This document shows, piece by piece, positions 1 through 13,584 of a stretch of 64,000 nucleotides of DNA. A program made the position numbers and the translations under genes. Below the pieces are notes generated by a model that was given only the letters and a program-made list of their open reading frames with translations, made no database searches and was not told where the DNA came from. This DNA is from Fistulifera solaris. Its lineage: Eukaryota. Where the stretch lies: positions 124,001 through 188,000 of the forward strand of contig AP026140.1 in assembly GCA_030295235.1 (NCBI GenBank), given 5' to 3'. Each line of letters starts with the position of its first letter. The first letter of the stretch is position 1.

Positions 1-2286
1 CTCGGACAAGTGGCCAACGAAGCTTTCTTTATGGTTAAGAAGTAATTTCTAGTTCCTTCTCAGAAAGACGATCGAATGTCATTACCATTTCACAATGATC
101 GGTGAGGGGAAACATATCAACTGGCGATGCCGAGGTAATGCGAAAAGCATTACCTGGGTACTTTTGGATGCTGGCTGACAAAGCAAAGTCGCGTCTTGCA
201 CCAATGACCCGGTCGGGTTGCAGCTAACGTAAACAATCCTTTTGATTCTTCGGTTGGCCCTCAGTGTACGAAGTACCTCGTTGTGAAGACCCTCCCGCGC
301 TGGATCGACAACAGCCACAAACTGCAAATTTTCCTCTTTCGCTTTGCCTATTTCCTTGCTAAGCACCTGCTCTGCTCGAGCGGCAACAAAAGCGACATCC
401 CAGATCTTTGACGTATTGTCGCCTTCATTGTTCTCGTCGGTTCGCACTGTAAATCCATTTGCAACTGCGTTCATTTTTGCATCCTCAATTGCTAAAACAA
501 CATACATGGATCAAGCGAATAAGAGGTTGTTGGGGAAAACTAAGCGTACATAACGTCACCGACGTACCTGGTTCACTGATATCGACGCCAACCACCTTTC
601 CGACTGCACCTTCTTTCAGACAAGTAAGTCCGATGGTCCCTGTTCCGCAACATACGTCGAAAAGAAGCATATCTTTCGCCGACGGGGTCACTGCTTTTAC
701 TCGATCCACTACCATTTGGTATAGTATTTCTGCCCCTTCTGTATTGACCTGGAAGAATGCACCGGGTGATATTTGGAAGTGGCATTGACCAAGTCGTTCT
801 GTAAGAGTCTTCTTGCCAAAGACGTGCTAACGAATAAATGAAGACGCGATAAGTTAGATTGAACTCGAATAATTAATCATAAAATATCATCATCATTCAC
901 TTACCTGTACAGGATGTTCGGGTGGAGGATTCGAGATTCCTCCAAATTCCTGAAAGAAAACGCTAGTGACTTTGATGGGTTCGTCATTGGGCAATTGAAG
1001 TTCAGCAGCGGTCAGTACGGATACTAACCGTGCCCGTTCGGCTTCGAAATGTTCCACGTAAGCGGATTCATCGCCCACTCCCCCCGATGGAGGAGTATGT
1101 TGGATGATGACCATACATTCACGCGTTCGCCGGGATGTCCGCAAAGTCATCACCCGCCAAAAACCAACATGATCTTTCACGTCATACGGCGGCAACGGAC
1201 TCGTCGCCAGAAACGCATCTACTAGATCTACTAACTGACACACTTCCGTGGGTATATTCTGACAAACGTGTGGGCGCGAAACCCCACCCGCCCAGCCAGT
1301 CACCATAAATCCGACGGCTGGAATTTTGGTCGGTTCTGTATCCTCTTTGTTCTCGTCGTCAAACTGGTATCGATACCCAAAGTTAAACTCGCATTTGTTT
1401 CTCAATGGAGTCGGTGCACTAACAATGTCCTCCACGAAAACGCTGCGATCTCCTTTGAGCCAGGAGTACAATTGTACCGTTTGTCGCTTCTTGTCTCGAT
1501 CCAGCTCTCTGTGTTGGCGTCAATCAGGACCATTATGAGCAATACTCGACCAAAATAAATAAATGAATTGCATGCTACGTACCGGAATCGCTTTTTAACG
1601 TTCGCGACAATTTTCATAGCACATCCCTTGATCATGTTCGTCATTTTCTTACTTTTCTGCTCGTCCGCTGACAACTGCCAGAGAGGGGTCACTTTGTTTT
1701 GAATCTCTTCTTCCGTGACAGGACGTCGGGCTGCTGTAGTACTTTCTTCAATGATCCGTTGTCGCTTGGAAGTCGGGGCCGAAGTGGGATCCGTATCTTC
1801 CGCAGCACCTCGTTTCTTCTTGTCGTCACTTTCTTCCGTTCCGGGCTTCGCTACCAGTTCAAATCCACGCTTGTTTTTCAACTTATTTTCATTAATGTAC
1901 TGAATCAATAACGGACACATTGATTCTTCTTTCATTGTTATGACAACAAAACTATCTTGTGGAGGTTTTCGGAACTTTTCAAAGTCGATCGCTTTGTCAG
2001 GATACTTTTCCTGAAGCGCTTCCATCCAGGATGCAACCATTTTTGTCGTTTCTTTGTTCTTCATAAACTTCATGACATTATGCACAATCACTTTTCGATT
2101 CGAGAAATCCCAGTGTCGTTCGACTGTATTCTTTTCCGATGACTCTGGTTCTTTAACTTCCGATGCCGTCGCTTCTGCTGAAATAGTGGGCTCTTCTGTT
2201 GGAGACGAGGAAGACGCTACCGCATTTACACCTTCTTCCTGGAGCCCACTCCCCGTCGCGGTCGATTCATCCATGATTTGAGTCAT
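1..2286 (-). CDS. TRMT2A: tRNA (uracil-5-)-methyltransferase, TrmA/TRMT2A-like; spliced; 3' end runs off the window
   Basis: Motifs LRNKCEFNFG, GFWRVMTLRTS, FDVCCGTGTIGL (SAM binding), VVDPAREGL, IVYVSCNP and MFPLTDHCEMV across ORFs 1402-2286, 893-1471, 485-715 and 82-507. Three GT-AG introns at about 1582-1510, 905-827 and 567-492. One apparent frameshift near 150. Confidence 0.88.
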
Positions 2287-3066
2287 GTGCTGTTTGATTT
2301 TTTATGCAGAAACGACCGTTTTGAAGAGTATAATCGTTGCATAAGAAAGAAATATCTTTATTGCGAGATGCCCTCGTGGTTTTTTTTTTCCTTGGCAGAG
2401 CGGCGAGCTGCTTTCTTTGCGGGTGGCGAAAGTCGTCTCGTGATTCCAAATTCCTTGATACTATGGACCAAAGTGTTTGCCGTTTTTCACCACGACTGCA
2501 TTTCAGTCATGAACCATGATTTTTCCGAGCCACACTGCCATTTATTCTCTGTTCCTTCTGCTCACTTGTTAAGCTACACCTGTGCAGATCACAATGCGGT
2601 TACGTTCAATACTGTTTACAAAAGCACCCTCCCATCATCTTGTCGAAAATCTTTGTGAATCGTTTTCGACTTTTTTTTTATAAATAAAAGTGTTGGTTTA
2701 CGGATCATTTTACTATAAGCTAAAAGTGTGAGTTCAGCGTCATCACGACTGCATTTCAGTCATGAATTCTCCGTTCGGTACTAAAAGGATCTGTGTTTGA
2801 ACTATCCGGGAGGAGTCACGACAGACACGCGCAAAAGACACACACAAAGAAAAAGGCGCAAAAACGCAACAAGAACGACAAAAGAAGCAACCGTCACTTG
2901 CTCATCATTACAGGCAAAAGGATCCATTTACGAAAGCGTTCTGGCCCTTCCAATACATTCCCTTACGCATAGCTTCTCTGATTAGACGACTGCGCACTAA
3001 GCAGATTGATTGAGAGAACAAGAGAGAAAGAAACGAAATATTCGAAGAGACCGAAGGGTGAACGAC

Positions 3067-6000
3067 ATGTCGACGCAAAACGCGATTGGTCCCGTCAGTC
3101 ATGACGACAAACACAACAGTCAGGAAGACCTCAAATCCGTAAATTTCTTAATGTTGGAAGAAAGATCGACTACATCAAGTACTTCTTCTTGCACTTGGTC
3201 GGACGCTCAGGTCGTGAATGCATTGCGAAAAAGAAAATGTCTCCGGCGACACAAACACTGTATCAGTTGTCACAAACCGTCGATCAACTGGATTTGCTTT
3301 GTAACAACTCCGTCATCGACTCTTCGCCGCAACGCAACATTCCGTGTCCGCCCGAGTTCTCGCAATACGAATTTTCGGTCGCGGCGATTCTCGCCAATGC
3401 GGCGCAGTCGAAACATGAGAACGAATCCTACGAGCAGAACGATGAAGCGGATACGCAGCTACAGCGAGACGAAAAAGTGCCTAATAAAAGAAAGGGAGAC
3501 AACTCACTGCTTTCCGACACGAGTTCTGTTTCGGAGCTTCAAGCAGCCAAGAAACGGCGTCGTCGTGAACCGACTACGGAACGCAACAACAAGGTCGTCG
3601 CGCAAAAGAAATCATCGCGTGTCAAGCATACAGTGCAGCAAAGCCAACCAAGTCAACGCATCGTCGTCAAAGAGAAGAGTCAATCTGCTACGCAACCGTC
3701 GACACTGCCCAAAAAGAATCCGCAGGGATCGTATCGGAGTCAAAGTGTCGAAAAGTGGCGAGGTAAACGCCTCATCAAGGTATATCAGTCCATGCGACAA
3801 GCCGCGGAAGCCGAAGGGACCCATCACGGACACATTAAGCGACTCGTCGAGTCCGGAGTTGTTACGGACGGCTGTGTTTGGAAATATCAGAAACAATCGT
3901 CGACTGCTGTCAAGTCACAGAAGGAAAGCAAAGCGAGAAAAGAGGCCAGTCCCAAAGACACCAAACAGAAAGCCGTGTCGACAGCGAAAAGCAGTAGTCG
4001 AGCGACAGCAGCCAGCGCGAAAGTTCGTTCTCCGGCTAAAGCACCTTCTCCAGCCCCAGTCATCCAGCCAAAGAAAACACCGGTCATTCATCCAAGTCCT
4101 CATCATCATCCCAGATCGAAAAGCGTTCAGCGCTTGAAAACCGACGGATCGGTAGCCCAAACGTTTCCTTCCATTTTACAAGCTTCCTTGATAACAGGCA
4201 TCAGTCGTCGAACTATTCGGGATTGTATCAAAAATCGTAACGAGAGGGACACTGATGGCTTTGGGTGGCGCTTGATGGAGACGGCGGACGAGTCATTCCC
4301 AACCAACAGTGAGAACCAAGAGAAGACGAATCGAGACCCAGACGAAAAGAAAATGGAAAAGATGCATCCAGTGACCAGCTCCCAGCTGTTAAAACATCCA
4401 AGGCCGCGGCAAACAAGCACGGTGAAAGAGGATCTCCTAATCAGACTTTTGGCAATGAAAAGAACGGAAAGAAAGATTCGGCTGGAAATCAAAACGAGGT
4501 TCAATTGGTAGACGAAGAACAAGCAGAAAAGGAGATTCTCAGAAAGCAAGTTCCGGCGGCGAGTAAAGTCAAGGCAGCAGTTGCCAAAACAAGTGATAGC
4601 GCTTCTCTTTTACAGCAACGGGCAAGGTGAACAACGAAAAGGAGCATTTGAAAACAGATGAGAAAACAAGCCGACCCGTAGAAGTGGAACAGGAAGAAGC
4701 GGCGCCGACAAAGCAACAAGTTTCGTTGTCCAGGAACGCAAAAGTCGCAGAAAAGAGCATAGGTGATCGCGTGAACAGCATTACCCTTCCTGACATCGAC
4801 CATTGGAATGAAAGTCAAGACAAGCCGGAACTTCGATTTGAAGTCATTTCCGTCGACATCACTTCGGCCGGAAAAATTGGGTTAATGATTCGCAGCATCT
4901 TGCCCAATGAACAGGTTCGCTTCACCGTAGAAAAGTCAACGTCCCTTAAAGTACACGAATACATCAAAGGATGCATCGTGGAATCTGTGAGGGTTGAAAG
5001 TCATTGCGAAAAAGTAGGCATTCGAGCCGAGGACTATTTGTTTCTTGTCGAAGAAATGGGAGGGCATAGCGTGCTGAATGGGAACTACGACAAGATTCTT
5101 CGAGCAGCTAGAAGCGAACAAAGACCGATCAAGCTTTGCATCGCGAGGCCGATTGTCAATAAGCTCACATCAAAGATCCAATCGACAATCGCAGCAACGG
5201 AAACGAGTGCAATATTAGAACCAGAAGTGCCTGAGTCAAAATCGAACAGCGATGCCCCGTATTGTGCTTTGTGTAGCGGAGGCGAAATGAAACACCCAGT
5301 TCATCATGCATGGTGCAAACTGAGCCCCCAATTCCACAAATCCGGAGCCCATGAAGTTCTTCGACGCGTCACGGAAGGGATGAAACTGGGATGTACTGTT
5401 TGTGAGAAAGAGTTCCGAACTGGTCGCATTCAGCAGAATTCGGTTCACACGTCGTCGTGCAAAGAAAATCAGAAGATAATTTTCGACGTAGATGAGTTAC
5501 CGCAGCAATCCGAATCAAAGTCGAATGCGAAGCACAAGGAGAAGATAACAAAAGCTCCCGCCCCACAAAAGCAGCCGTGGAGACGCGGAACACCAACGAA
5601 CCGACACTGAAGACCAAGCGCGGTCGCAGTGTCAAAGTCTCCGACAAAATACGAACATCGGACGCATACTTGTCGGATATTGGTCGAGATGGCAGTGACG
5701 CTTCAGAGGACTTGGAACCGCAACGGAAACGAAAACCGGTAAGCGCACTCTTCCGAGCGGAGAGATCTTTTTAACTGAACAAGACAAGTTACGAAGCAAG
5801 TCGGACTCTCGCCTGGATAAAAAAGCCGTCGCAAATCGAGAAAGTGCAGTGGATGTCTCACGATCCAAACCTCAAACGTCGTCAAATGAAGCTAATGCGC
5901 CACGCGTTTCAGGGACAGGCTATATACAGGATGCATCTTTTGCGGCAGACTATACATCAGCAAGCGATGCCGAGTATGACGAATCCGGAGAACTTGAAAT

Positions 6001-7586
6001 AGTATGGGAGCCATGTCCCGATCCTTGGGGCCAAAGGGGATACACGGAAGGTGATATCGTTGTCTTTTCCAACAAAGCTGGTATTGGGAGCGTCGAGACG
6101 GCTTTGCCATCGCCAAGATTTGAAATCGACCCTTTATCTGGGTCTTGTCGCTACAAGAAGACGCATCACATGCCGAATGAGGGCTTTCACGCACTTTTGC
6201 TACAACGAGATCCCCAATGCACCTTGTCGTGGGGATTTTCCGTTCACCGGCACGAGTTCGGGGGTGCGTGCTTGGTGTCATCAGTCGAGCACATGTCGCC
6301 TGCGCATGCAGCAGTACGTATTTGCGATTGTGATTTATGCACCAACTTATGCACTAATTAAATCTCACGCGCACTTTGGCTTGCCCAGGTTTTTGTTGGA
6401 GCACACTACGAAGAGCCTTCGATCGCGGCGCTTCGAAAGAATGACATGATAATGACCATCGACGGAAAGGAAGTGGGTGGAATGACGGTCGAGTCTTTTC
6501 GTCTGGCACTGGAACTTGCAGGATCTGAACTGATTCTCGTTGTTTCCAAGGTACAAAGGCCTTTTAGACAACTCTACAGCACATGAACGTCGTCTTTTGA
6601 CAAACCTCGACAAACATATCAATGATCCCAACCGCCTTCATTGGGCCGACATTGGAGGAAGCGATTCATCAGCTTTTCAAGAGTATCGCAAAAAGGAGGA
6701 AACGGAACTTATTCATTTGTCATCTCCATCAAGTAACGCGCAAGTGCAGTCAAATTTCACGTCACCTGATAGCAATTCCATCAAGAGTGCAGTCCGCGCC
6801 ATCGACAATCGAATCCGGATGCCAAATGTGCCAAACAAGGCGACAGAAAGAAAAGATCCGCCAACCACCAAGGCACACGTAAAAGACCGTTGTCCCCTTC
6901 CATCCATCAACAAGGTAGAAAATTTTGCCGATGCTGAGGAAGAGTCGACAACTCGTCAGAGTGACAAAGAAAATGAAAGTGAATCGGAAATATCCAGTGT
7001 TGCACCCACTGATTTGCGATCCGTCCTAGAAGAAGATTCTAGCAATAGCGATGAATTCGGCGAAGATGGAAACGCCTGGTGCGGTTGTGTTTGCGGAAAA
7101 GAGCATCCAGCGAGGGGCAACTACTTCTGGATTCAATGTGAAGGCTGTTGCTCTTGGTTCAATGTCTACCAAAAATGTGTTGGATTCAGCAAGAAAGAGG
7201 CAGAAAGCATTGAGGGATGGACTTGCTGGGCTTGTGGAGAGTGCAAGTCGTTAGAGTCCAGTGGCAAGGTGTCGGCCGAACCACAGCCTCAGCCGTCGAA
7301 ACCCGAGCGGAAGGCGATCTCCGAAAGAGCAGAGCGTGATACCGATGTCGAGTCGTTCGAATCCTCCGACGATGCAGTCGACCCACAGGAAGTCCATAAG
7401 GTCGGCAGCCTCGTCTTTATCAGAGAACACGCTTGGTCGGGTGTCAATAACCCAGAAGGAATCGCTCGCGTCACTGGAGTTCGGATGGACAAGGAAGACG
7501 GGCGAGTGTACGATGTGAAATACATTGTCGGGCGGTCGTCCAAGGGTGTTTTTGCACGATACATCACGCCCCACAGCTTTGACTAG
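3067..7586 (+). CDS. Large putative chromatin protein: two NUMOD1/IENR1-like HTH repeats, PDZ-like domains, Cys/His cluster, PHD finger, C-terminal Tudor-like domain
   Basis: Collinear ORFs 3189-4511, 4627-5610, 5849-6361 and 6540-7586. PHD: CVCGKEH..FWIQCEGCCSWFNVYQKC..WTCWAC. PDZ-like: SWGFSVHRHEFGGACLVSSVEHMSPA..LRKNDMIMTIDG. Intron about 6315-6388. Several frameshifts. Start is uncertain (3067 or 3237). Confidence 0.65.
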
Positions 7587-7825
7587 CTGATTGCGGCCTG
7601 AAGATGGCAAAACAGCCGTTGCATTCAAGTCTAATGATTCTTTTACGTCCACCTTTATGTTATCGTTAATGTTGTGCGGACGAGATTTTTGCGTTTGCAT
7701 CGATCTTTTTGTGATCACCGTCGGTGCGACTTGCACTATATTATAAGTAGTAATCTTGTGACGTACGCTAAACATAATGGATGTGCGATGGACAGACGAC
7801 AAGTAAAGAAATAAAAAGGCGCGGC

Positions 7826-7914
7826 CGAAATAAGGCAGTGGTGTAAAAATTATGACTACAAGTGTTACATCTACCACGGAGGCTTCCCCGTCTGTACTAC
7901 ACTCGGTTATTTCG
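7826..7914 (-). repeat. 3' LTR (89 bp)
   Basis: Identical to 14466-14554. Terminal inverted repeat CGAAATAA...TTATTTCG. Preceded on the minus strand by the purine tract GAGGGGA (PPT-like). Confidence 0.93.
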
Positions 7915-8215
7915 GTCCCCTCACGATGAGACCCGAGCTAGGACTTCAACGTGTCCTTCATAACCGATAAACCCTTATTTCATGGAAAAACAACATAAAA
8001 ACCATGACGATTCATTCATCGAATCCATCCTTCATCATGTGGAAAATACATCAAAACCACACATCGACTTGTCCGTGGAAAATACGTCAAAACCACGTAT
8101 CAAACTTGAAACTTCAATCACTGTACCTGGACGAAAAACTTATCCCCAGGAGGCTCATCCCATCGGAATAGTAAACATAACTACCCAACCAGTGCATCGG
8201 GACCTATTGCCTGCA

Positions 8216-11200
8216 TCACTGATGTAAAATACGCTTCACCAGTGGATCTCGTACATTCCCAGCTTGAATCTTCGTCAGAATATCTGCCAAATTCGTCTTC
8301 GTAGGCTCGTAGGATACATCAACAATACCCATCGCAACTCGCTCACGTGCATAGTGATATGCCACCGAATTGGACTTCTTCTTCAGAACTGATTCAGGAA
8401 TACTCGAGTTCTTGATCACCGACATATTGTCACCTTTGACAACCGCAGGATCTTCTACCGGCACACCCATCATCTGTAGTTTGTACCGTAGACCTTCGAT
8501 TAACTCGACCGCCCGTTTTCATAGCACTAAACTCAGCACCAAATGTCGACGTCTCAATCGAAGTTTGCTTCTTGCTGTACCATACTGTCAATGACCTGTT
8601 CAAATAGACCAAGACACCTGTACGGGAACGACGAGTAACATGGTCACCCGCCAAGTCAGCATCAACGAAACACGTTATTTGCACAGGCTTACCCAATGGC
8701 TTTGGACAATCCGTTGGAATCATAGGCTTAGCATCTCGGTAAAAGTCATTCCAATCAGGTCTAGGTTGTCTGGCGTGCTCGACATACGAAGGATCGAACA
8801 CAATCTTAGACCTTTCATGTGACCTCAAATATGCAAAGACATGCACAACCGCAGCTAGATGGCCTTTCCTTGGCATCGCACTGTGAGACGCAAGCATCGA
8901 AACTTCACCACAAATATCAACTCTTCCAAGCTCGACCATCCAGCGTAAAACCCCTATCTGCGAGTGATAAAACTGGATTTCGTCGTCATACACTCCGGCG
9001 ATATGTCAAGCTCCGGACGGTACTTTGGTGGTAAAACACTTGGCCTTCTTCGGTAAAGCCTCATCTCGCTTTTCCAACCAAAGACAAACGTTTAGTATTG
9101 CTTCCTTCACATATTCATTCGAACTCATCGACCAACAAGGCTTTTCATCACCCGGGAATTGATGCTGACCAATCGTCGAACCGAACCCAAGTAGCAGTCA
9201 AGCTTGTATAGAATAGCTTCCGGCCACAGAAACACACAGGATGTCATCCGTATAGACCAATACCAACTTGTAGTAACTAGTCCCATCCATACATCGTTAT
9301 CCGCTCGACAAGGTGTAAAACTCAACGACTCATGCAAACACTCACTCAGATATGACCTCCACGCAGCTCCAGAACTCTTCAGTCCGTAAAGAGCTTTCAC
9401 GATTTTCGCCTTTCGACCTTTGAACTGTGGACCAAATTCGGCACCGCAAATAATAAAGATTCGTTCTCGAACTGGTGCATTCAAGTCGCATTTCCAATAT
9501 CTGCCGCCATAATGTCCAAATCGTTCAATGCCGCAAGTAGGAAGGCAATCCGCACGCTTTCTCTCGATACAACACTAGCATAGGTAATCGAGCTCGGCGG
9601 ATCCGTCATGTGTCCCCCCTGCTACGAAGCGGGCCTTCCGTGTGAAATCTGGTTTTATATCAAAAACCATGTGAACCCCAATCTTGGTAAAACCAGCAGG
9701 ATCGGGAGGCGTCTTCGTCAAGGATCTGAAACGCCTTAGCTACCGCGCATCTCTTCGCAACCGGCCCAAAAGTCAGTTCCCGTGGCGATCAATCGCCAAT
9801 GCTTCTTCGACTGTCTTTGGCAATGCGATCCCATATTTCTGAGTAACACGAAAGTAGCTTAGCCATCGCTTTGATGATCCTGGTCCTTCTCTTGAGCGTG
9901 TAGGGAACCCACCATGAGAAAGCAGGCTCCTCAGCAATCTGTCTCGCAACAGCAAATTCGCTAACTGTAAAGGGTGAGACTGCTTTAGGTCTTTCAGTTT
10001 CTCCCAAGTAGTAGTGCCATCATTCCATAGACAACACAGCTTCCATCCCTTGGTAGTCCGCTTAGGATACTTTCGGTTGTTGTGGATCACGAATGCCTCT
10101 TCATGCGGAACCGCTCACGACTCTTTCTTGTAGTCCACTATTTCCTTTAGGACATAACTTCGCACGCCCATGGTCATCCACTTCGGCATAGATGGCTTCA
10201 GCGATCTGATTCGCATGATAAGCCTCCACTTCACCCGTATCAAATTCAATCTCATACAGAGCGGTATCGAGCAAAGGGTTAGGATGGTACCGGCCAATAG
10301 GATTCCCATCTTGATCGTGCTTCCGACCTTTAACCGTGCGACATCGAGTCCCCTTGGCGGAAGCATTACCCTTGCCGAGATATATTGATTGTATGAATCG
10401 TAATCAAACTCATCAGCTTCCTTAATCTCGGGAACTTCGGGATCTTGCGACTCGGTCGGAACATAGTATTCCAACTCTGGGGTGCGCTCGTCTTCCGGTA
10501 TCTCGGTCGGATCCAAGGGCATGGTTCGGTCCTTCAGCTTTTGCTCCAACGTCTGCGTGAACTTTGCCTTCAACTCAGCAACGGCTTGGCTATTCTGTTC
10601 CTCAACTGACAAAGGGAAAACACTTGTACGGGAAATCGGTCGACCAGAAGCGGGTAGGATCCTAGCACATAGGACATCACCGACATCGAAACTGGGACCA
10701 AGGTATCTTCCAAGATGCTTCCTTTCCATATTTTCGTCTTGAGGCGAGATAAACCAAACCCAATCATACCAACCGAACTCACAAATGTGTGAAATATCAG
10801 CGGTGTCCCCTGTCAAAAGCGTCTGCGGCACTTCACCATCTAACTGTCTTATGGAAAGACAAGAGTGGCTCCCGAACATACAGCGTGGTAGACCAAACAT
10901 AGGTCCCATAGACAACGTGGGGAATTCGTGCGAATCATAGCACGCCTATACATCCTTTTCAATTCACGAATGCCGTCTTCAGCGAGGTTGGCGTTAGCGG
11001 TGTGCTTCGATCGGCCTAATGGTCGCTTGCACTTGTTGCGCCTTTCGCTTAAACTCTCCTGCTGTCAACTCTCCGGCATTGTCTGGAATTAAAGTGTGAG
11101 GGACTCCGACGCTGACGAAACAAGTTGTCAAGCGTGTAATGGGCATCGCTTTTCTTTTCAATCGGGTCCACACATATCCAGTGAAAGGGGTGCAATACAC

Positions 11201-13584
11201 AGCCGCATATTTGTTACCCAGCAGTGAGACACATGTACCGACCAGAATGTCGCAGTACATCTCCGTATTAAGCCGAGGATAACGCAGCTGGTACGCCAAA
11301 TGGTTTGAGACGGCGTTCCAGAGACTGTCGAGAAGTCCCGAATTGCCCGTTGCGTCGTTCGCTGGAGCGTTCGCCTAGCCGTCTCGATCCCTATACTCCA
11401 TCGTTTTGCCAAATCTTCGGGTGTGACATATGCTTTCCGGTTCTTCGTTGAGATTGCGGCACTTGTAAGCGAAGCAGCATACGAATCGATGTCAAAAGCT
11501 GCCGAACCGCTCAGCTGAAATCACAGCAATCGAACGAGCTGGCGGGACAAGCGTCGCTCACTCGTAACCGAACCAAGCATCCTCTGTCCCCCTAAAGCTC
11601 AGAGTCAAGGGAAACACGCAATGAGTCCTCATCATGCGCGTGGTTAGAATCCATAGGATCCCAGAACGACTTCGGAGGTGACGTTTACATGGATGCAGTC
11701 AACGTCCGAGCTCAGTTCTTTGTCGGTCGGTCGGCGAGTGGGGAAATATGAAATAGTCCCCATCAGTTTCAAAGGAATCTGGAGAGCTGGCTCAGAAAAC
11801 AAAATAGAATGGCTCTCCGGGCGACGTTGTTCCGGGAGGTAGGTGTAGGAGAGGAGTTTCATTCACAACGACTTGGTTGTGCCGAAGTTGAGCGGGGCTG
11901 ATCAAGTGTCGATGCATGTTTGAAAAGTAGAGTGACTGGTGAAAGAACAAAACGTGGGTTTGCAGCGTCGTGGGGCAATCGTATGCAACCGCAACTGTAC
12001 CAATGGGAACTTTGGTCACTTTCCCAAGAGAACTAATGAATGGTTCCACCGAAACTGTTTCGGCCGGGTATCATACACGAGAACCGCGTCTTTACCGAAC
12101 GAGCAAGTATCACAGTGCGAGTCCAATTCAGCTCTACCAGGAGTCTGTTGTCGCATTGCCGCCGCAACTCGCTGCACCGCCAGTCAAGGTCGTCGACTCA
12201 TGTGGTTACCTGTCGACTCAACCACATCGTCACTATCGGAGTCAGCCGTCTCAACAGCTGAAGCATTTCGCGTCTCGGACTTAGCCCTTTCACGAGCATT
12301 GCGAACTTCTTCCTGTTTCTCTTTCGGTAACTTGATCCACTCCTTCCATTTGTAGTACGGGACACCATCTTTGCCTCTCTTTGCTTTTCCGCCCTTTCCT
12401 TTACCAGATTTGCCGCCACCTTTCTTGTTGTTACCGCCGCCAGAATTTCTGGTAACCGAAGAAATGTTGCGAGTGGAACCACGGGTCTTTGCTGCATCTT
12501 GCTTCTTTCTATCAACCTGCTCAGCCAAGTAGTTCATCGCGTTTTCGAAGGTACTTTCCAACACAGCATCAGCCCGGACGCTCGGCGCTCATCTTTAGTT
12601 CATCCGCCCAGATGTTGTCTAGAAAGATTCGCACCTTCCTATCTTCAGTCATCACCTCACCCGCCTCTTCCAAGTCCAAGAAAGCCAAGTTAAGCTTCTG
12701 ACAGTAGTCTTCAAAGGTAAAGTTATCGCCTTTCCATCATAGAAGACTGTCGAAAGGACTCGGTCAGCATGAGCAATGTTGCGCTTCTGATAAGAACGCC
12801 CCATATAGTGAGTCTTCAAGGCAAAATAAGCGGTAGCGTCCATCTTTGCTGTAAGCAAAGGCTTAACCCAATTCCAAGCTGGTCCACCGTGTGAAACCTG
12901 ACGAATAACGCTCCACAGCATCATATTGTCTTCTTCATACTGGTCTCCATCATGGCGAATGCGACGAACAAGTTCCGACATAGCATCAGGGACACCGAAA
13001 CCTGGATCATCAACCCCTTCGATTCCATCGGGATCGACATGCTCCCGCACAAGGTGCGACAAAGGCGCACCATAAGCTCCAAGGTGATTGCCAAGTACCT
13101 CGTCGATGTCTTCAATCGTCTTCCGAAGCGTTTTCCACCTTCAACAACACATCGATCTTAGGAAGATCTTTGTTGGTCTCACGCATCGACGAATGCGCCA
13201 AAGTCCAAGCGTTCCAATCGAGCAAGAGTTGCAAAGCCAGGAACAAACTTCAGCTGCAAGCGGTGCAAGTGGAAAAGGAAGTAGCGAAGCTGACGAACAC
13301 GGAGCTCAAGATTGACTCCGATCGCAATACCACGGTTCGGAATCATCGCAGGTACCATCGGTGCAGCCTCCCGCTCCAACCGCAGGAGGGACAAAGGCTG
13401 GGTTTGGAATCAAACCCCCAGGGTTTCGAATCTTCGTAAAGATCTCCTGAACGTACTTATCACTCCGGTGCGTCAAGTCGTCAAACGCGGTAATGCCTTG
13501 GCCATTGATGGCCTGACGAGCTGCATCCTCAATAAAGAGGACATCACGGAGGTAGTTGTTGAATGCAGCAAGATTGGCTGCCAT
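8216..13584 (-). pseudogene. Copia gag-pol polyprotein, heavily frameshifted in this assembly
   Basis: Gag begins MAANLAAF. Integrase motifs TEMYCDIL, LIPDNAGEL, NLAEDGIREL. RT motifs KALYGLKSSG and LVYTDDI (about 9240-9266). RNase H motifs FVDADLAGD..RRSRTG and NLADILTK. Stop at 8216-8218. Confidence 0.9.

Noticed and set aside
3010..4137. 375-aa Arg/Ser-rich ORF overlapping the NUMOD1/PHD gene
   Set aside because: Mostly an alternative frame of the real CDS. Only its first part could be a frameshifted N-terminus.
8038..8098. Short duplication gtggaaaatac(a/g)tcaaaaccac and 81-aa ORF 7982-8227
   Set aside because: It lies within the retrotransposon 3' UTR, with no evidence of an independent gene.
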